Under the pieces are notes generated by a model. It did not search any database, was not told the DNA's origin, and worked only from the letters and a program-made list of their open reading frames with translations. Both the position numbers and the translations under genes were made by a program. This document shows, piece by piece, positions 1-11,680 of a DNA stretch of 64,000 bases; position 1 is the stretch's first letter, and the number at the start of each line of letters is the position of its first letter. The DNA comes from Phoronis australis (Eukaryota > Animalia > Phoronida), in assembly GCA_002633005.1 (NCBI GenBank), contig NMRA01000033.1, forward strand, positions 274,238-338,237, in the 5' to 3' direction.

Positions 1-2206
1 AATAGCACTAACTAATTACGAAGTACAGTAAGAAAAGTATTTAATACCTCAACTGAGAAAATGAAGAGCAAGAAATCCAATAGGTGGCACTTAAGTCATG
101 CAACGGTCCCTAAAAGTGACCTTATCTGTGATAACATGTCTCTGTAATTAGCCCAACAACAGATACAAAACACCACCAGTTTACTATGTCGTCACGGGCA
201 CTTAGTTAGTAGAAGTAAAAGCTGATGACTCAAGTAGCAGATAATTTTGAGGACATTTAACTGGTAAGGTCACCCGCCTTTGAGTTTCAGTTAATTCTAC
301 CAAATGACTAGAAGCCAACAAACAGTTTCTTCCATTTTTATCAAAACCACAAAAACAACGGATTTTGCTGTTTTATAACTCTAGTCAAAGTTAATCATAA
401 CTTCAAACAAGTCTATCAAACCCGACATTAATCACAAAAATGTGTTTTTAGTATCTAAAAGTGACTATGTCTTTTCGGGCAGGCAGTCCTGAGGCACTGT
501 TATGCCACAATCATCCCACTTGACATTGCTCTGTGCTCATCTGTTCTCGATCCTACTTGGGTATTTGATGACATTTTTAATGTGGGGTGCCACTGAGAAA
601 TAATACGGAAGATGCATTTTGATCCACCCTCTAAAGAACAAACGCAATTAAAAGGGACTCAGTATTGAGAGTTTCTGTGAAAATTACCATTTTGGTGGGG
701 TTTTTCTTCACAGCATATTTTTTATTAAGGAGTTAAACCTAGCAAAATACTTAAATTAAATTTGCCAACATGTTCTCAAGACAAAATTCTTTTTAACACA
801 GCAAACCCCATGCTATCATAACCTGTAGAGTTCTGTAATTTCTGTTCCAAAAATGGATCCCTTTGTAAAGTGTCAATCTAACCATTGCACCATTTTGTAG
901 GGAAAAGCCATCCCTTTGCAGAGAATTAGTTTGCCATGAGAAGAATTTTCACTTTAATTTTGAAAATTTAACTGACCACAAGTAGAAAGCAGTTTTCATC
1001 TAATCCCCTGATGACCTCCTTCTGTCGTGATTATAAGCTTTTGATTAAAGCCCACATAGAAAATGAAAGCTTTGAACTTTGCCAGTAGTAGTAGTAATTT
1101 GAAATGGATTTGTCTCGATCTTAAACACTTAAAATTAATTGGAAGGCTGGACACCAACCTCATACAAGTTAATTTAAGCTCCTGCCTGCACTACTAAGAA
1201 AACTTTATGTTAGGTCAGGTTCATTCCATACAATTCCTTCTTTAAAACTATATGGATCACAAGTTTTCAATCACAACCGACTGAACATTAAAAAAGTTCA
1301 CGTTGCTCATAAAAGGCTTGGAATGCCGGTAAAATGCTTCTTGATGGCCCAAATTAATTCCATTGAGGCTCAAAATCAATTCCACTTTATCTTGCTCCAA
1401 CATAAATTAAACTAATCAAGTCATGAATTCAATTCTCAGTCTATCAATGCTCAAGATTTTCTTATCGAGCAGGCTTGCTGATCACGGGATTTAACACAAC
1501 AAAATGGAATGACAGGAATTGGCCACTTAAAGTTTACTAGGCAATGTTTCCAATATTGCAGAGACAATCTGATAACACCTCCACTATTGAATGTCATAAT
1601 CAAGTACACAGTACATTCAAAGCTGAAAATAAAAAAAGAAGTCGATCAAACGCGTCTTATCCCTGATAAGCGGATAATACACGGTACTTCTCCCGGACAC
1701 TAATTTCAAACAAAATCATTGGTTAATTTGTTATTTTCCATTTCACACTGTCCGCTGTACATACTAAAAACTTAATGTGGTTCTGTGTCACTTTAACAAA
1801 GCATGTTAATAATAAACTAAGACTTTCTTTGTATGACAAAACTTTACTTGACAATATGGCATGCTAAATGAAGAGTTTCTTTATAATGACGTACTGAACA
1901 AAAAATTCACAACACACTTGGCACTCTATTTTTCAGACAGCAATCAATGGAGATTTTTTGAAAGTTGTGATGTGCGCTTCATCCCTAGGTCAAATTAGCC
2001 AACTTCAAGGCCAAATTAAACAAGAATAAAGTCATTTATTAAGTAATAAAAAAACCTATGCGCTCCATTCTGACCACATTATACCCAAAAACATGAAGTG
2101 TTGGCTTGCTTGACTGTGCAGAGTATTAGAGACCAATCATAAAATCAAATCAAAACATTTTACAGTCAACATTGTGTTTAATGAGGTGTCCCATGGTAAT
2201 AATTAT

Positions 2207-3159
2207 ACTGTGTTCATCCTCATGAGTGCTCAAGGCACTTAGAAAAGTCATGAAACGGGGGGGGGGGGCTTGATTCCATAAAAAATCTCCTTCCTGAACT
2301 ACGCGAGTACCTACAACTGGAGGATAAGCTTACTTTCAACAATCAATGTTTTACTCCAAATAAAATTACCAAGTATAAGTCAAATCTAGGTCAAACTTAA
2401 TGTCGTAAGCTCTGATACATGAGATGCTTCTTATGTTTTTGATAAAGCTTTCATCCCTGCAGACCATCATCATCAGGTATTATCATAATTAGATGTAACA
2501 GGAACTCAGCGTGGTTAATTAGTGGACATTTCCTGTGATGTCCTCAAAGTGTGCATTTATAACAATATATATAATTTGGTTGTTGATGTGAAATAACATG
2601 GTATTTAGTTTTCTTGAAACATGATGGAAGTTGGAAGTGTGTTGTGACTGAAACATCATCATTGCTAGAGGCTTGGAAATTCCATGCAACATGATATTTA
2701 TTAGATCACCAGGATTAATTGATAGGAGAAATATTTTTGTAAAAATCACAACGATTAAAGTGGCTAAAAAACTGTGTTCCGTCCAAGAAATGAACTTTTA
2801 CTGCAATAAAATTGGTCTTTAGTAATTGTTCCATGCTAAGATTAGAAAGTTGGACAAGAACTAATAGGTCAGCTCCAGACCATGCTTTGTGCATAAAGTG
2901 ACACCTAGTGACAAGCCTACATGTACAGCCAGGCTGGTCACAATCAATAACAAACTCAGTTCTTTCGAAACCCTCCAATCAAGTCCAATTTGATTACGGA
3001 ATGATTTGAGATCGATTTCATAATGGTAAGTGGTACAAATCATAGGTTGGTTCTTGTGGTGGACCAGTGGTTTCATGGCTGATTTAATAGCTATTATTAA
3101 GTTCAAAATCTGGTTAAGAGGCACCCATAAGGACATGACGCTTATTAGGACGAATATGG
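2207..3159. mobile_element. Degenerate Tc2/pogo-like non-autonomous element
   Basis: Left end ta-ctgtgttcatcctcatgagtgc and right end gcttattaggacgaatatgg-ta form imperfect TIRs flanked by TA. Similar ends occur at 14686-14955 and 37576-37640. Confidence 0.45.
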
Positions 3160-3727
3160 TATACCTAAACAGGTTATGAATCCTTCACTTATTGTCATTC
3201 ATTTACCAGCTGGGACCATGTGCCACAATCACCAATGCAACAATGCACAAAAAATGAAATTAGAACAAAAATTAACCCAAATATCTGATTGTGCCAACGG
3301 TCCATTTGTGCTACAAATCAAATAATTAAATGTAGCTTACTTTTATAGTTTCTTTTTACTAGATGTACATTTTTGTCAACACATGTTACCAGCTCTGAAA
3401 GATTGCAACATTTTAGATTTTTCCACTCTTTTATTGGAGTGCATAGCAACTGCAAGATAGCCAGTAAAAGCTGAGGCCTGTTTTTTGCAGAGTGCCCTCT
3501 GGTGACATGTTACGGTGACTAACCAATTTTAACACAAAACATGGTGAACATTGTTTTCGTGAAAGAAAAATTGAAACTAATGCTTCCTTTTGATCAAGTT
3601 ATGTGCACCATAGTTATGTCATCATTCAATATTTAGAAAAATTGTGGACATTCACAACAGTATTAGCAAACCATGAAAAATGGAAAAATGAGAATTTACA
3701 ATAATAATCTTCAAACTGACTTGCATA

Positions 3728-5516
3728 CCGTAAACGTTCGGGTTAACGCCCATGCTCAGTTAACCTCCCACCCCCTACTTTAGGTGGATTTTCGATTTAA
3801 CCACCCACTGCTCGGTTAAGCGCCCCCCTGCGATTTTTGAAGATTTCCAGTTAAGCGCCCACCTCTCAGTTAAGCGTCCATCCTCAACTTTTAAAGAATG
3901 AAGATTTAGCGCCCAGTGCTAAGGAAACGTGCGATTTCCCGACTTAGAAAAAGATCGCTGATCACAAAGAGCGCAACAACGCCGGGCTTCCGAGACGGTG
4001 GTTTAGCAATGTGAATTACAATATTCAAGTAACGAGTTATTGTCTTGGGTCATGGACTCACGTCAAAATATAATACTTGAAAGTTTTTGTCACTTTATTT
4101 TCTTCCCATGTTTGCTAAGTTTAAGAACGCCGCCGGCGTCAAAACCTCCGCTTTCAGCGACTTTGTCTGCCGCGCTGAGTTTTCGTCTGCTGTGCACTTG
4201 ATAAAACATATATTTGAAAAAATCAGGTCAGAGAAATGAGACAGTGGTTAAAAGTATATAGTCTCGCCCGTTTCTGTTACTTAGGACTGTCGCTATTCTC
4301 TTTTGATGAGTGACTTTGTAGTGGTGCACGCGCTCAAGTTCCCACACTTTGGAGTGCATGTTACCTCGACACCAACATGTGATTGACAGGTGACTCGCAC
4401 GTAGGCCCTACGCGCGTGCTGAATCCCGCCGCTATCTTTGGCCATAACAAAAAAGATGCATATTGAAAGAGGCCGTTATAGACCTATTATATTACTTGAC
4501 GGCATTTCCAAGTCACGATTGTCAGCCAACTGAGACATTGCGCGCTAACAACGGGACCGAACAGGGACGCAGTGTGATATTGCAAGTGATATAAATAGGA
4601 TAATCAGGACATCTTGCATGAAAAATAAATGTTTTTCCACCACGAAGTTTGGTAAGGTGATCGTTTATGAATTGAAACATCGCTGTTTTGTAGCGTTTTA
4701 TCACATATTTATGCCGTGGCTCGAAATTTTATTCTTGATTGACGAGTGGCTCACGGCCGCTTAACCCCGATTCTCGTCTTAGGACTAGTTCTTTGCCGAG
4801 CATGTTTGGCGCAACGGCAATTGAGCAATGCTGGGCGGTCGAGATAAAACAGCTAGCCGCAGAACCATACGCTGAAAATGTCATTGACACGAAGTGTCGA
4901 CTATAAACATCCTAAACACAAAAAAACATCTGAATTAGGTTTTTCAAACTTTTATTACAACTTATTTTAAAACTGCTCTCAGACTATGAACTTGGCAGCT
5001 CAGTACGGGACTGTAACCATGAATAAGATGTCTGCTGTGACCTCTGCAACACATGAAGCTTGCACGCGCGCACTTTAACAAGGTCACATCTTGAAATAGT
5101 TGCAATCCTAGTAGAGGCTGTGTGGTCACTGGTCGTCTGCGCTTTAGAGGGCAAAGTAACAAGACCGCAGGACACCATGGGGCTATTATTACTAAGCAAT
5201 TCTGTAAATTTAATAGTGAATAACTAATCTGAAGGCAAGAGAATCTTTGTTGGGATCATCCGCTGTTATGACATTTTTCCCGTCATGTGGCGACGTGACG
5301 ATAACGCTTTTGAAAAGTACTACGCGTTCCGAGTACGACGTAAGATTAACCACCCAGGGCGGTTGCCTGTCGTAATAAGCGCCCATGTTCGGTTAACCGC
5401 CCACCTTGGATTTCTTGAAAATTCACGTTTAAGCGCCCATGTCTGGTTAACCGCCCACCCCCGATTTTTTGGGTTTGCCAATTTAACCACCCAGTGCGTT
5501 AACCTGAACGTTACGG
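3728..5516 (+). mobile_element. Tc2/pogo-like (TcMar) non-autonomous DNA transposon, ~1.8 kb
   Basis: TA target duplication at 3726-3727 and 5517-5518. TIRs CCGTAAACGTTCGGGTTAACGC / GCGTTAACCTGAACGTTACGG. Arrays of subterminal TTAA(C/G)CGCCC motifs. No transposase ORF. Homologous copies elsewhere in the window. Confidence 0.85.
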
Positions 5517-8130
5517 TATTTCAGACGCGATATGCAAATTTACGAACAGCTGAAGTTATCCAAAATAAAACCCACAAATGTAAGAAAAGGGAGCCGAGGC
5601 ATAGTTAAAACATCAGTTTAATCCCCAGGCTCAAAACTGTCAATCCCTCCAAGACCTCAGCTCAACTGCAGAGGCATTAAGACTAGGTTGTTGCTTGCAT
5701 TTGGGAAAGTTAATGCCAAGTCATGCACTAGTCGTTTCCCTTGTATGAGCAACAGGAAATTGCTGTTTGGCTCTAATATTGATCATTTAACTGCCTGTCC
5801 TCTTTCCAGTGTCTAAAGGTGGATTTTGAGTAGGGGTGATTCATCAAATACAGTATACTCCAAAAGTATTCAGACAAAATGACCTGGAATTCCCCATTCA
5901 GACAAAATGACCAGGAATTCCCAGTCAAGACATGGCTGTGCTGAAGCTGTTCATCCTCAGAGCAGCATTCCCTCATGACCAAGAATGCAGATAAATTAAC
6001 AGGAAAGTTAGAAAGGTGGTTAAACTACCAAGAATTTTGCAGCTGTAATAGTCCTCACCAGTGATGTTTGCTGTTAACATAATAACGGTCATGTTACGTC
6101 CATCCGGTTACTTGTCTTACACTCAGTTTGGTTCAGGTTCCTTGGTCTGAAGACTACAAACAACTACCAGGAAAATTTTGTTTATTCTCTGGAGCTTGGC
6201 AATTAATCAGACCTACACATCATTAATATAACACCAACATCTACCACAAATCTATAAAGCCTTTCCTACCAACATTGCTACTTCAGTGTTTAGGACACCG
6301 TCAGTCAGTGGGAACCCTTAAATTCCATGTTGGATCGAAGTTAATATCTCAACTTTACTTCACAGTTAACAGGTGGGTTTAACAGAACAGCGTCCACATG
6401 TTGCTACAGTGGAAATGCTCACCTTCAGTCGCCAGCGAAGTTACTGACAGGGCGGTAACTGCTATGACAATCATGAAGACCTTTCTTCACCACCTTGTGA
6501 CAACTTTAATTACGACAGTGCCACATAGTGATGACTGATGACTACCAAAGCTAATGAGAACACTGAAGTTAATTACGCAAGTGCTTTGCTAGTATGGGAT
6601 TTATCTTGGTAGTAAAAGCCCTTGAGGCAGTGCTGTCAAATCTTCAGTTGTTCATTTGTCACATGTTGTCAACAATGGTACCAACATAACACATGGCAAT
6701 AAGAAGCAACACTAAAAACAGTGACACAAGGGCCAATTCATTAGAAATCACATAAGTCTATTCTATGAGATGACGTTGACTGTACTCACTTGTGAATGCT
6801 GCAATTTGTGGCATTACAACAAATTAAATGCCGCCAGGTGAACCATAAAAATGCAACAGCTGTGAACCTACTCTACCCTCTCTATCTAAACAACAGCAGT
6901 TAATGAGGTTCTGAGTGTTTAAGGAGTTCATAGAAAAATGTCCAAATCTGGCTAACTTCAGGACATCATATCTCCGAAATGGCTGATCAGATTCAGGTGA
7001 AACTTTCACATACTGTTCATTATATGCTTTAGGAATTGTTTTAAAGAGTTCCATTTTTGCATTAAAGGCAATCAAAAACGGGACATAGTTGATTTTCATG
7101 AAAAAAATCTAAAGTGGCACAAAACGAGAACGATACTTTCGAAAACTGTAACAGCCTTTTTGAGATCTCATCTTTGGTAAAGTACACAAACCAATTCGTG
7201 CCTCGCGTTAAGATGTTGACTTGATTTCCAAAAGGCAACAATTAAGTCAATCCAAACAGGTTCTCGATTGCCACAAACTTTTTTTACCTTCCAAAAATCA
7301 CCTATGCTCAATATTGGGGTGCATTGCGAAGATGTACGTAAAATTTGGTTAGCCACCCTTTCAGTCCACTCCAGGATCAGTATCTAGACCTCTATAATAA
7401 AGCCCTCGATACAGAGAAAATACAAGTCTTTAAACTACTTCAATTTATGCCTCAATATTATTAAAATGCCATGTTATTACTATAACTAACCACCTCGGTG
7501 TCAGTTGACTCGCGAACCTGAGATTTGAGGAATAACAGCAAACTCCATGAAGTTTCTGTGTCCAAGTGTAACCCCATGACATCACGTTCATACATGTCTT
7601 TTCAGGCACTGTTTTAACCAGATACTCATTATTTTAATCAAAATCTGCATTTAATCATCGGATCTCCCCTTTTATATAAAAATCGACTCTTTTATTCTCA
7701 TTTGTTGTCTCACACCACACTACTGCACACATGCTACACATGTCCAACTGAAAACTATTCTTGTATAGTTGCAAATGGTATGTGAGTTGATCAAGGACTA
7801 CAAAAATCATTTTAAAAACCATACAGCAATAATTGGGAACCATACAGCAATAACTGGGTCAAATCACTTCAAAGTATGTAAATCAAATTTGCGCAGACAA
7901 AGCTAGCTGTAGAAGCAATCAGTGAACGTCACTTGGTGATTCACATACGGTAATGTTCAGACCATTTAAAGCTGCATATTCACCCTTTAGCAGGCTACAA
8001 AACGAAAATTGAACTAGGCCTTTAATTCTCATTTTTATATTCCGTCTCACGATGTTCCTTTCAATGATGATCCCATTTCTGCTACAAAATCCAGTTACAA
8101 GAAATCTGTACATGTGCCAATTACGAACTA

Positions 8131-8162
8131 ACAATTTTAGGATTGGCCAATCCTAAAATTGT
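8131..8162. repeat. Perfect 32-bp palindrome
   Basis: ACAATTTTAGGATTGG|CCAATCCTAAAATTGT is self-complementary with no spacer. Confidence 0.95.
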
Positions 8163-8585
8163 ATATGAGCCATTTCTGCAATTTTTGGGGTTGGGCAACC
8201 CAAACGAACTCGATGATGGACGTCTACAAAAAGGTTTTTTTCAATCTTAATCTTACAGGTGTCTGTCTCATATTTTACAAAATGATTCTGTTTCAAAACT
8301 TTATGGTATGTTGAATTGTACCATCAAGAGGAGACAATAAAATCTCGGTCTGAGCATTTGTCTTACTTGTGTAGCATGAGGTTTTGAGTTATTAAAGGGA
8401 CATTACTGGCAAGAAAAGAGAAAAACGGCAGATTGTTTTAAGCATACTGGTTAAGTCACAGGTCCATAACTTCAGTGAATGTCTGACAAACAATAGTGAG
8501 AATTATCCATATGTAATCAAATCACAAATTAAAGCTCTGAACGAAGCTAATTAGTTTACGAAGTACATCGCATCTAACAGTAACA

Positions 8586-8738
8586 ACTATTATTAAAATC
8601 TCTTGATCTATTTACACTATTATTAAAATCTCTTGATCTATTTACACTATTATTAAAATCTCTTGATCTATTTACACTATTATTAAAATCTCTTGATCTA
8701 TTTACACTATTATTAAAATCTCTTGATCTATTTACACT
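8586..8738. repeat. 30-bp minisatellite, ~5 perfect copies, at the SINE 3' end
   Basis: Unit ACTATTATTAAAATCTCTTGATCTATTTAC repeated head to tail. Confidence 0.95.
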
Positions 8739-8787
8739 GCCATGACATTTCGGTAGGACTATATTCCCTGACCGTCGTCAGGTGTTC
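8738..8787 (-). ncRNA. Decayed minimal type-I hammerhead ribozyme motif
   Basis: Minus strand reads ACAC-CUGACGA-C-GGU(C)AGGG-aauauag-UCCUACC-GAAA-UG-UC-AUGG. Core and a 7-bp stem II are intact. Stems III and I fit if two CpG transitions are reverted (GAAACGUC^GUG). Confidence 0.5.
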
Positions 8788-8925
8788 AAGCGTTCTAAGA
8801 AGAATGAGCATGGATATGTGGTACTCCCATGGAGTGATTTTTTTTGTCCAAGGCAGGATTTGAACCCTCGACTTCTGAATCCACATATACTTCAAGTCCA
8901 GCACCATAACCACTACACCACGGAG
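8739..8925 (-). mobile_element. tRNA-derived SINE-like element with hammerhead-like 3' region
   Basis: Pol III A box TGGTGTAGTGG (8920-8910) and B box GGTTCAAATCC (8866-8856) in a tRNA(Arg/Gln)-like head, then a unique body, then CTGACGA...GAAA. Possible decayed 17-bp TSD (8571-8587 vs 8931-8947, 14/17 identical). Confidence 0.7.
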
Positions 8926-9010
8926 AAAGTCATTTAACAATAACACCAAAAATGCCTGTAGAACCCACAATGTCCTTTTAATGATATGTAGAACCTAAGC
9001 TAACCCTTAA

Positions 9011-9332
9011 AAGGGAACTGTATTTTATTCTGAATAAATTCTGGATAGTTTTCTANCTGTGGCAAACAATAAAAAAATAAGGACGATTGATACAATGATA
9101 AATTACGATGTAAACTCTTCAAATATGACATAAGCAATGAATGTGCAAAGCAGCCGATACCCCGCCGTTCACGTCACTGACACATCAGCCAATCAGCGAA
9201 CGCTTTCAGAAGTCAGTGTTTTGACCATGAATACGAATTGGCTTTTGTTTGGCACGCAAGTCAGGCAAATGTGAGTTTTATTTGTATGTTAGAACCGATT
9301 AACTGCACCATTATTTTGACTACAGTCCCCTT
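9011..9332. mobile_element. Kolobok-like MITE
   Basis: TTAA on both sides (9007-9010, 9333-9336). TIRs AAGGGAACTGTA / TACAGTCCCCTT match 11/12. Confidence 0.7.
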
Positions 9333-11495
9333 TTAAGTCAGTGTAATTATCCAAATATCTATAAACTATATTTTAGCTCAGGAAAATTATTAATTTACTG
9401 AAAGTTGAAAGCCTATAGAATTTGGATATTAGCAAAAAATAAAGTTACATTCCTAGCAAAACAATAATATCAATTACATTGCCAGATTTCATTTGATATG
9501 AATGTTTAACATGAAAATTCAAAAACGATATTTCAGTTTTCAAATTATCATTTCGTTTTCCGTAACTTCCACATTTTCCCATAATAATCATAAAAGCGTC
9601 GATTCTTAGATAGCGCAAATCATAACAACATTTTGGAAAGGTCATATTATCTAACAGTTTCATATGAATATGATCTGTCATTTCAGAGCTGTGATGTCTT
9701 GAATTAGCAGAATTTGAAATTCTTCCAGGGCACAATTCATAACCTTAATGTTTTCGTCACTACCGACTGGCTTTAAATCACTCATTATTTCGCGTTTTAA
9801 TTTAAAACAGCATCTATAGAAATCTCGCGGCAAAAGTATAGCTGACGGCAGTAATACTGAAATCCTTCAAATGAAGCAGACAGTAAATCAATACTGGAGT
9901 GCAGATATTCCTTATAACGGTGAGTAGACAAGATCAAACTCAGTACCCAGACACAGTTGATGCAACTAAATAACTATCATTACTCGCATTAGTCAACTGT
10001 CACCCACAAACCATGCCTATTCGCGGGTTAAATAGGAATCTAAATGCTCGCGCCAACTTCACCCAAAGATCAATACATGCTATGCTAAAGTACGCTACCT
10101 TCACCAGACACATCCACTCAAGTTCAATAGGGCAGACACAAGACCAGATAAACAATTAAATTTCCACCAGGGACATCCATATCCTCATTCTTATTTTTCA
10201 CAATCACCTTCAATCACAGATGTGACACTGAGAAACTTAAAGCCCTGTGTAGCACGTTTTGCTTCATCTCCTTGTTTTTTTTATACAGTGAGTTACGATT
10301 TCTGACTACCCATAATAAAACCATGGACAGAAGGAAGTTCACTAATTACTTCAAGCAAGACATGATCACCGCTTACTTAATGTATCCCAGTTCGAAGATT
10401 GTGATTTCGGTCTGACCTAATTCAGCTCCGAGTTGGAATTAAGAATGCAAATTTCTTCATTACGCACGAGTTTGAAAGAATGGAACAAATACTCTCATCA
10501 GAGGTCATCGACCAACTCTTTATGTTTCCAAGTTTACAGCAAAACGCATGGAATCAATCGATTTCTCCGTTTCTCCAACCATTAGACAACCCATTTATCA
10601 TTTCAGCTTTTAAAACTGCCAGCATATATACACACATATATATAGTATGAGGGAGGCTTACTCTGATTAAAAGTTCTCAGTGAACAAAGTTGTACAAATA
10701 ACAAAAAAAAATCGACAACATAATGACAATTACAGTATCAGGGTGTTTCAAAGGCGGAACTGAAAAATATGGGAAATAGGCATTTGAACTGCGTACAACA
10801 GGCATCCATAGCTTTTCAATAGGAACATTTTGTTGAAGCGATTAAGTTCTGCCTAATCTACAAATAGTACATAAATGACCATGAAATTTTGTTGTGACTG
10901 GATTTGCTCCGTTTAGTTGGAACAATGACTAAAATCTCACCTATTTAGAACACAGTATGATAAACCAGTAAATTCAATTTTTACATATATTTGTCGAAAA
11001 ATACAAATAGCACCAAATATTTACATCACCATTTAGAATTTCTGCACCTTACCTAATATTTAAATAATGTTCAGCAATATCATGGCCATTCATACCCAAA
11101 AAAACATCAGTTTTGGTAATTACTTTTGTCTGAATTTGGTGATAATACGGATTTTTCGGTAACGAAACAGTGGATTATAACGGGTGGCTGTTATTGTGCC
11201 AAAGAACTGCTCTGTTGTCCTCTGATTTCATACTTCAAGGTTACAAACTTGCAAACAACAAAGCTACAAGGGATTACATAACGGATTGTAAAAGTTGAGT
11301 TAACACCAAAACAAACCCAACTCAGTCAAAGGGCAGATATCAGTTAACTTATTTCATGTTTGTTGATTGTCCTGCATTAGAGACGATATCAAAAGCATAT
11401 ACAGAATACAGTAAAATAAAGGGGTTGAACAGTGGGCATATAGTTTCAAACCCATTGTATGCTGAGCAAAATCAACATATTTGAAAACACTCTAC

Positions 11496-11680
11496 ATAAG
11501 AGAGGGGTCTGCCAAAGATGTACCTTTTATGAGGGAGGTCTGCGGAAGGTGTACTCTTCGTGAAGGTGTCAGCCAAAGGTGTAGCTTTTATAAGCAACGT
11601 CTGCCCCAGGTGTACTCTATATGAGGGGGTTCATCCAAAGATGTATTCTTCATGAGGGGGCCTGATGAAGGTGTATATTT
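11496..11680. repeat. Degenerate ~30-bp tandem repeat, ~6 copies
   Basis: Approximate consensus ATGAGGGGGTCTGCCAAAGGTGTACTCTTT. Confidence 0.75.

Noticed and set aside
222-256. CTGATGA-CTCAA...TTGAG-GACA hammerhead-like motif
   Set aside because: GACA instead of GAAA, and no stem I or III.
8845-8925. Functional tRNA gene
   Set aside because: D-stem and acceptor pairing are poor, the anticodon region is expanded, and there is no oligo-T terminator on the coding strand. A SINE head fits better.
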